Assembly: GCA_964359745.1 (NCBI GenBank)
Contig: CAYHTR010000002.1
Span: 1-38,409 of the forward strand
Length of the DNA: 38,409 nt
Source: an uncultured Candidatus Saccharibacteria bacterium
GTDB taxonomy: Bacteria > Patescibacteriota > Minisyncoccia > Phycocordibacterales > PALSA-1337
Reading direction: 5' to 3'
Under the pieces are notes generated by a model that worked only from the letters and a program-made list of their open reading frames with translations, did not search any database and was not told the DNA's origin. The position numbers and the translations under genes were made by a program. Shown here piece after piece: positions 35,352 through 38,409 of this stretch (position 1 is the first letter of the stretch; each line of letters opens with the position of its first letter).

Positions 35352-36577
35352 ACAAATTTTATTTTACGAGCGGCAAAAATCGTCATTTTGAGAAGGAGCC
35401 AACCATGTTTCCATCTACTTATATTTGTCACACCATATTTTCTTTCTTTGTAATGTATAGGCATATCAATAATTTTCAAATTAAGCTTCACTGCTCCAAA
35501 AAGCAAATCAAAATCTCCAAATGGATCAAAGTCACCAAAAAATGACCTATTTTTCTTAATATTTTCATAATCTCTTTTCCATAAAACTTTAGTCCCGCAA
35601 AGCGTATCTTTTATAGGCTGACCTAATATTGAACTAAAAGAAAATGAAAAAAATTTATTTCCAAAAATATTTAAAATCCTCATTGACTCTTTTTCCATCG
35701 GATATATCAATCTGGAACCATTTATAAAATCGCCTTTATTTGTAGTTATAGCTTCATAAAACTTATATATTTCATCAGCAGGCACAGTCATATCTGCGTC
35801 ATAAATTGCCAAAATATCCCCTTTTGCCATATCAAAACCCTTACGAACAGCATCACCTTTGCCCTTTCCATCTTGAATTGCGTATCTTATATTTTTATTA
35901 TTGGAATATTTTTTTATTTCTTCCAAAGTATTATCGGAAGAATGACCTTCTATGAATATAATTTCGGTAAATGAACCGAGTTTTGGTAATTCTTTTATTA
36001 TTTTTGCTATAGTTCCAGCTTCATTTCTAGCAGGAACAATAACAGACAGTGAATATAACTTAGTGCGTGATGAATGTATTTTTTTTCTAAACACTAAATA
36101 ATGAAAAATACCTAATCTTGAAAATGGAAAAACATTTGAAACAAATTTATTAAAAAAAGCGGATATTAAAGGAATATATTTAGGCATTATCATTTTTGTG
36201 CCAGATTTTACTGTTTCTAATCCAGCTAAATGAGCAAAATTTATAATATCCAATTTTGAAAGCCAATTTTGTTTCGTCATTGGTTTCCTTAACCCTAGTT
36301 TTGAAGCTAAAACCAAAATCGGCTCCCATAAAACATTATATTGAGTAATTATAATGCGTCCGTCATTATTAGTGAGAGTTGAAACATCTTTCAAGAATTT
36401 TTCCACATCAAAAACATATCCCAAAATATCAGAAGCAATTATATAATCATAATTTTTATCTGTATTAGAAAAATCAAGCTTGTTATATTCAATATCAAAA
36501 ACCTTTTTATTAGAAGGAACTAGAAAATTTATAAAAGACCTGACATATTTGTGATAATAACCATTTTTATTATTCAT
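35348..36577 (-). CDS. GT2 glycosyltransferase fused to a vestigial N-terminal class I methyltransferase-like domain
   Basis: 409 aa. The C-terminal half has SVIVPARNEAGTI, IEGHSSDNT, IYDADMTVP. The N-terminal half keeps the distal methyltransferase region (YDYIIASDILGYV..DGRIIITQYNVLWEP), but VFDIEYN stands where VLDIGCG is expected and the following segment is short. Confidence 0.78.
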   Translation of the reverse strand: MNNKNGYYHKYVRSFINFLVPSNKKVFDIEYNKLDFSNTDKNYDYIIASDILGYVFDVEKFLKDVSTLTNNDGRIIITQYNVLWEPILVLASKLGLRKPMTKQNWLSKLDIINFAHLAGLETVKSGTKMIMPKYIPLISAFFNKFVSNVFPFSRLGIFHYLVFRKKIHSSRTKLYSLSVIVPARNEAGTIAKIIKELPKLGSFTEIIFIEGHSSDNTLEEIKKYSNNKNIRYAIQDGKGKGDAVRKGFDMAKGDILAIYDADMTVPADEIYKFYEAITTNKGDFINGSRLIYPMEKESMRILNIFGNKFFSFSFSSILGQPIKDTLCGTKVLWKRDYENIKKNRSFFGDFDPFGDFDLLFGAVKLNLKIIDMPIHYKERKYGVTNISRWKHGWLLLKMTIFAARKIKFV

Positions 36578-36580
36578 AAT

Positions 36581-38275
36581 TTAATTAAATAATTTTCTAT
36601 TACCATTTTTACAATCAAAGATATAGCCATTTATATTTTTATCCTGTGTTTCAAATACCGTTCTGCATGATTGCAAATATTTCCAATAAATAGAATTGGG
36701 GTCAATTAGCGGAAAATCCACAACAGAATAATAGCCCTTATATTCGCTGAATTTTCCAATATTGCTTTGTGCGAACATTGGTGCCACATAGAATCTTCTA
36801 GCATATTTTTTAGAATCATTTAATTCATATCCGGCAATATCGTAATATGTAATAACTTTGTCAATTTTAGGATTATTAATAACTTCATTTGTTACCGCAT
36901 ACGCCACTTTATTGACACTACCATATATTTTTCCAAACAAATATTCTTCATTCAGTGTTAAATTATATGCGAGAGCAGAAAATATAAAAACAGCTAGAGC
37001 AATTTTTTTGTGAGATTCTTGCTTCATTAATCTATATATCACAACACTTCCTATTGAAATCATAAACCCAATAACAACATATGATACCAATACATAAAAT
37101 CCGATTGGTCCTGAACCACCTGTAATCGGAATAAGAAAATTCAAATCAAACGATTTAAGTTTGTCTATATAAACATTTTTTGGATAAAGTGGTAATATCG
37201 CATAGTTATAAAAAAAGGGAATAAAAGTAATCACTACAAAAAAAGTTACTATTCCATAAAATCTGACTGACATATCTTTTATTTTTAATCTCCATTTATC
37301 GGCAAGAATGGAGCCTGTAATTATAGATGACGGAATAATAAGAAACATCATATACCGTTCAATTGTTCTATTTGTGAAATCAAACACCACGAAATAAAAA
37401 AGTATATTATATAAGAGAAGAATAAGCCAAAAACGATAGCGACGAATATATTCACTAGATGAGAAAACAAGAATATAAAGTCCTAGCAAAATTGGTGAAG
37501 CAAGCACTAGAGATTTTGTCCCCAAAAAAAGCACTTGGAAATAATCTCTAGAAGCAAAATTTAAAAAGCCGAATTTTGTAACATTTTGCAAAAAACGAGT
37601 GGCATGTTCAATATTTAAAACATATTTCATTATCAATACCATAATTGCCAATATAGCAGTGATACCCATAAAAATACCCACAGAAACCAATACTAATTTT
37701 TTACTTGGTTTTCTACGAATACAGTATTCGGTAATGAGAGCGCCAAGCACAAGCGCAAACGAAAGTTTAATAAGAAAACCAAAAATAATTGAAATTATAA
37801 ACGCTGTAATCCATAACCTTTGTTTTTTATTTCTGATATTAGAAAAATCTATTCTATAAAAACAATAAATAGCAATAATACTTGCTAGAGGTAAAAGCGC
37901 ACCATCAATATCAACTTGAGTGCTAGCGACAAAATTATAAACACTTATAAATAAAATACCCACCGTCCACCAAGCTGCTTTTCTGCTATAAAGTTTAGAT
38001 GTAAGAAAAAATATACCAAGCAATAACAATGAGCTAATAATTATTGGTAAAAGTCGCAAATGATCATAACCAAAAACCACACCTATAATATGATATAAAA
38101 AACCAACAAGTGGGGGGTGATCACTTTCATAATTCAAACCATAAGACGGATCAACAATCATCACCCATTTATATTCATCTTGATGATACATTTGACCAAA
38201 AGCCAAAAAACGAGATAGAAAAAATATCAAGACAATTGCAATAATAAGCCAATTTTTCTTCAATTTTTCTTTCAT
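36581..38275 (-). CDS. polytopic GT-C-type glycosyltransferase (ArnT/PMT_2-like) with C-terminal soluble domain
   Basis: 564 aa. First loop YHQDEYKW...SDHPPLVG, then about 12 hydrophobic helices. It is the first gene of the long minus-strand operon. Confidence 0.7.
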   Translation of the reverse strand: MKEKLKKNWLIIAIVLIFFLSRFLAFGQMYHQDEYKWVMIVDPSYGLNYESDHPPLVGFLYHIIGVVFGYDHLRLLPIIISSLLLLGIFFLTSKLYSRKAAWWTVGILFISVYNFVASTQVDIDGALLPLASIIAIYCFYRIDFSNIRNKKQRLWITAFIISIIFGFLIKLSFALVLGALITEYCIRRKPSKKLVLVSVGIFMGITAILAIMVLIMKYVLNIEHATRFLQNVTKFGFLNFASRDYFQVLFLGTKSLVLASPILLGLYILVFSSSEYIRRYRFWLILLLYNILFYFVVFDFTNRTIERYMMFLIIPSSIITGSILADKWRLKIKDMSVRFYGIVTFFVVITFIPFFYNYAILPLYPKNVYIDKLKSFDLNFLIPITGGSGPIGFYVLVSYVVIGFMISIGSVVIYRLMKQESHKKIALAVFIFSALAYNLTLNEEYLFGKIYGSVNKVAYAVTNEVINNPKIDKVITYYDIAGYELNDSKKYARRFYVAPMFAQSNIGKFSEYKGYYSVVDFPLIDPNSIYWKYLQSCRTVFETQDKNINGYIFDCKNGNRKLFN

Positions 38276-38409
38276 TAATGTAATTCTATCAATTTTCTTC
38301 GCATTTTGTAAATATTTTTAAGATTTCGCAAAACTTCTGACCAAACAGAGACCTTGCTGGCGCGCAGTTAGTGCCCGACGTAGCGCCCAGGTTGTGGGCC
38401 CCGCAGCCC

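Noticed and set aside
38330-38409. Possible SRP RNA, tRNA or 5S-like RNA in the GC-rich right edge
   Set aside because: Short stretches loosely resemble 4.5S RNA (GTGCCCGACGTAGCGCCCAGG; CTCTGTTTGGTCAG on the minus strand). The diagnostic GGAA tetraloop/AGCAGC helix-8 core, the tRNA T-arm (GGTTCGAATCC-like) and 5S motifs are all absent. The fragment is too short to call.
1-38409. CRISPR arrays, transposases, integrases, prophage genes, and tRNA/rRNA genes
   Set aside because: I saw no spaced direct-repeat arrays, no recombinase-like ORFs and no tRNA- or rRNA-like conserved segments on reading both strands. The only notable repeats are the 46-nt duplication and the 10-nt operator half-sites.
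1-38409. Alternative genetic code (UGA recoding, as in some candidate phyla)
   Set aside because: Standard-code translation gives long uninterrupted ORFs of family-typical length. TGA is used as a functional stop in many ATGA overlap junctions, for example 16280-16283, 18137-18140, 31389-31392 and 35348-35351.

Overview
AT-rich, gene-dense bacterial window. Hand-counted sample lines give about 27% GC. The standard genetic code fits, and many genes overlap by ATGA stop/start junctions. The composition and gene content (several polytopic GT-C-like proteins, polyprenyl-phosphate GT2 enzymes) resemble Patescibacteria/CPR-type genomes, but that is inference only.

Almost the whole window is a cell-surface glycan biosynthesis and glycosylation island:
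- (i) 99-7545: a CMP-ulosonic-acid-like module built on a SAF-less NeuB-family synthase and a NeuA-family cytidylyltransferase, with a non-canonical partner set (class III aminotransferase, aldo/keto reductase, SDR, UlaE/SgbU-like TIM barrel, two methyltransferases).
- (ii) 7565-13748: an MsbA-like ABC exporter, a GT4, two FkbM methyltransferases and a polytopic protein. A 46-nt direct repeat brackets one methyltransferase cassette.
- (iii) 13800-15600: a GC-rich DUF218-like gene and an HTH-Fic protein in which Gln replaces the catalytic His, preceded by a triple operator-like repeat.
- (iv) 15612-25356: all steps of the GDP-D-glycero-alpha-D-manno-heptose route (tal, gmhA, gmhB, hddA-like, hddC-like). 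These are interleaved with a divergent Nudix, a B12-binding radical SAM enzyme, a polyprenyl-phosphate GT2 and a Gfo/Idh/MocA-FAD oxidoreductase fusion, and split by an oppositely oriented GC-rich orphan membrane gene.
- (v) 26189-38275: a 12-gene minus-strand operon with an NDP-hexose dehydratase, a DegT aminotransferase, a GT4, a Dpm1-like synthase, a GT2 with a vestigial methyltransferase domain, three methyltransferases and three large polytopic proteins.

I recognised no rRNA, tRNA, CRISPR array, transposase or integrase. The best candidate for something undescribed is the heptose module with the radical SAM, GT2 and fused oxidoreductase. Also notable are the single-gene GC-rich islands scattered through the locus.

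All family calls come from motif recognition by eye, not from searches. Hand-counted coordinates of small motifs may be off by 1-2 nt.
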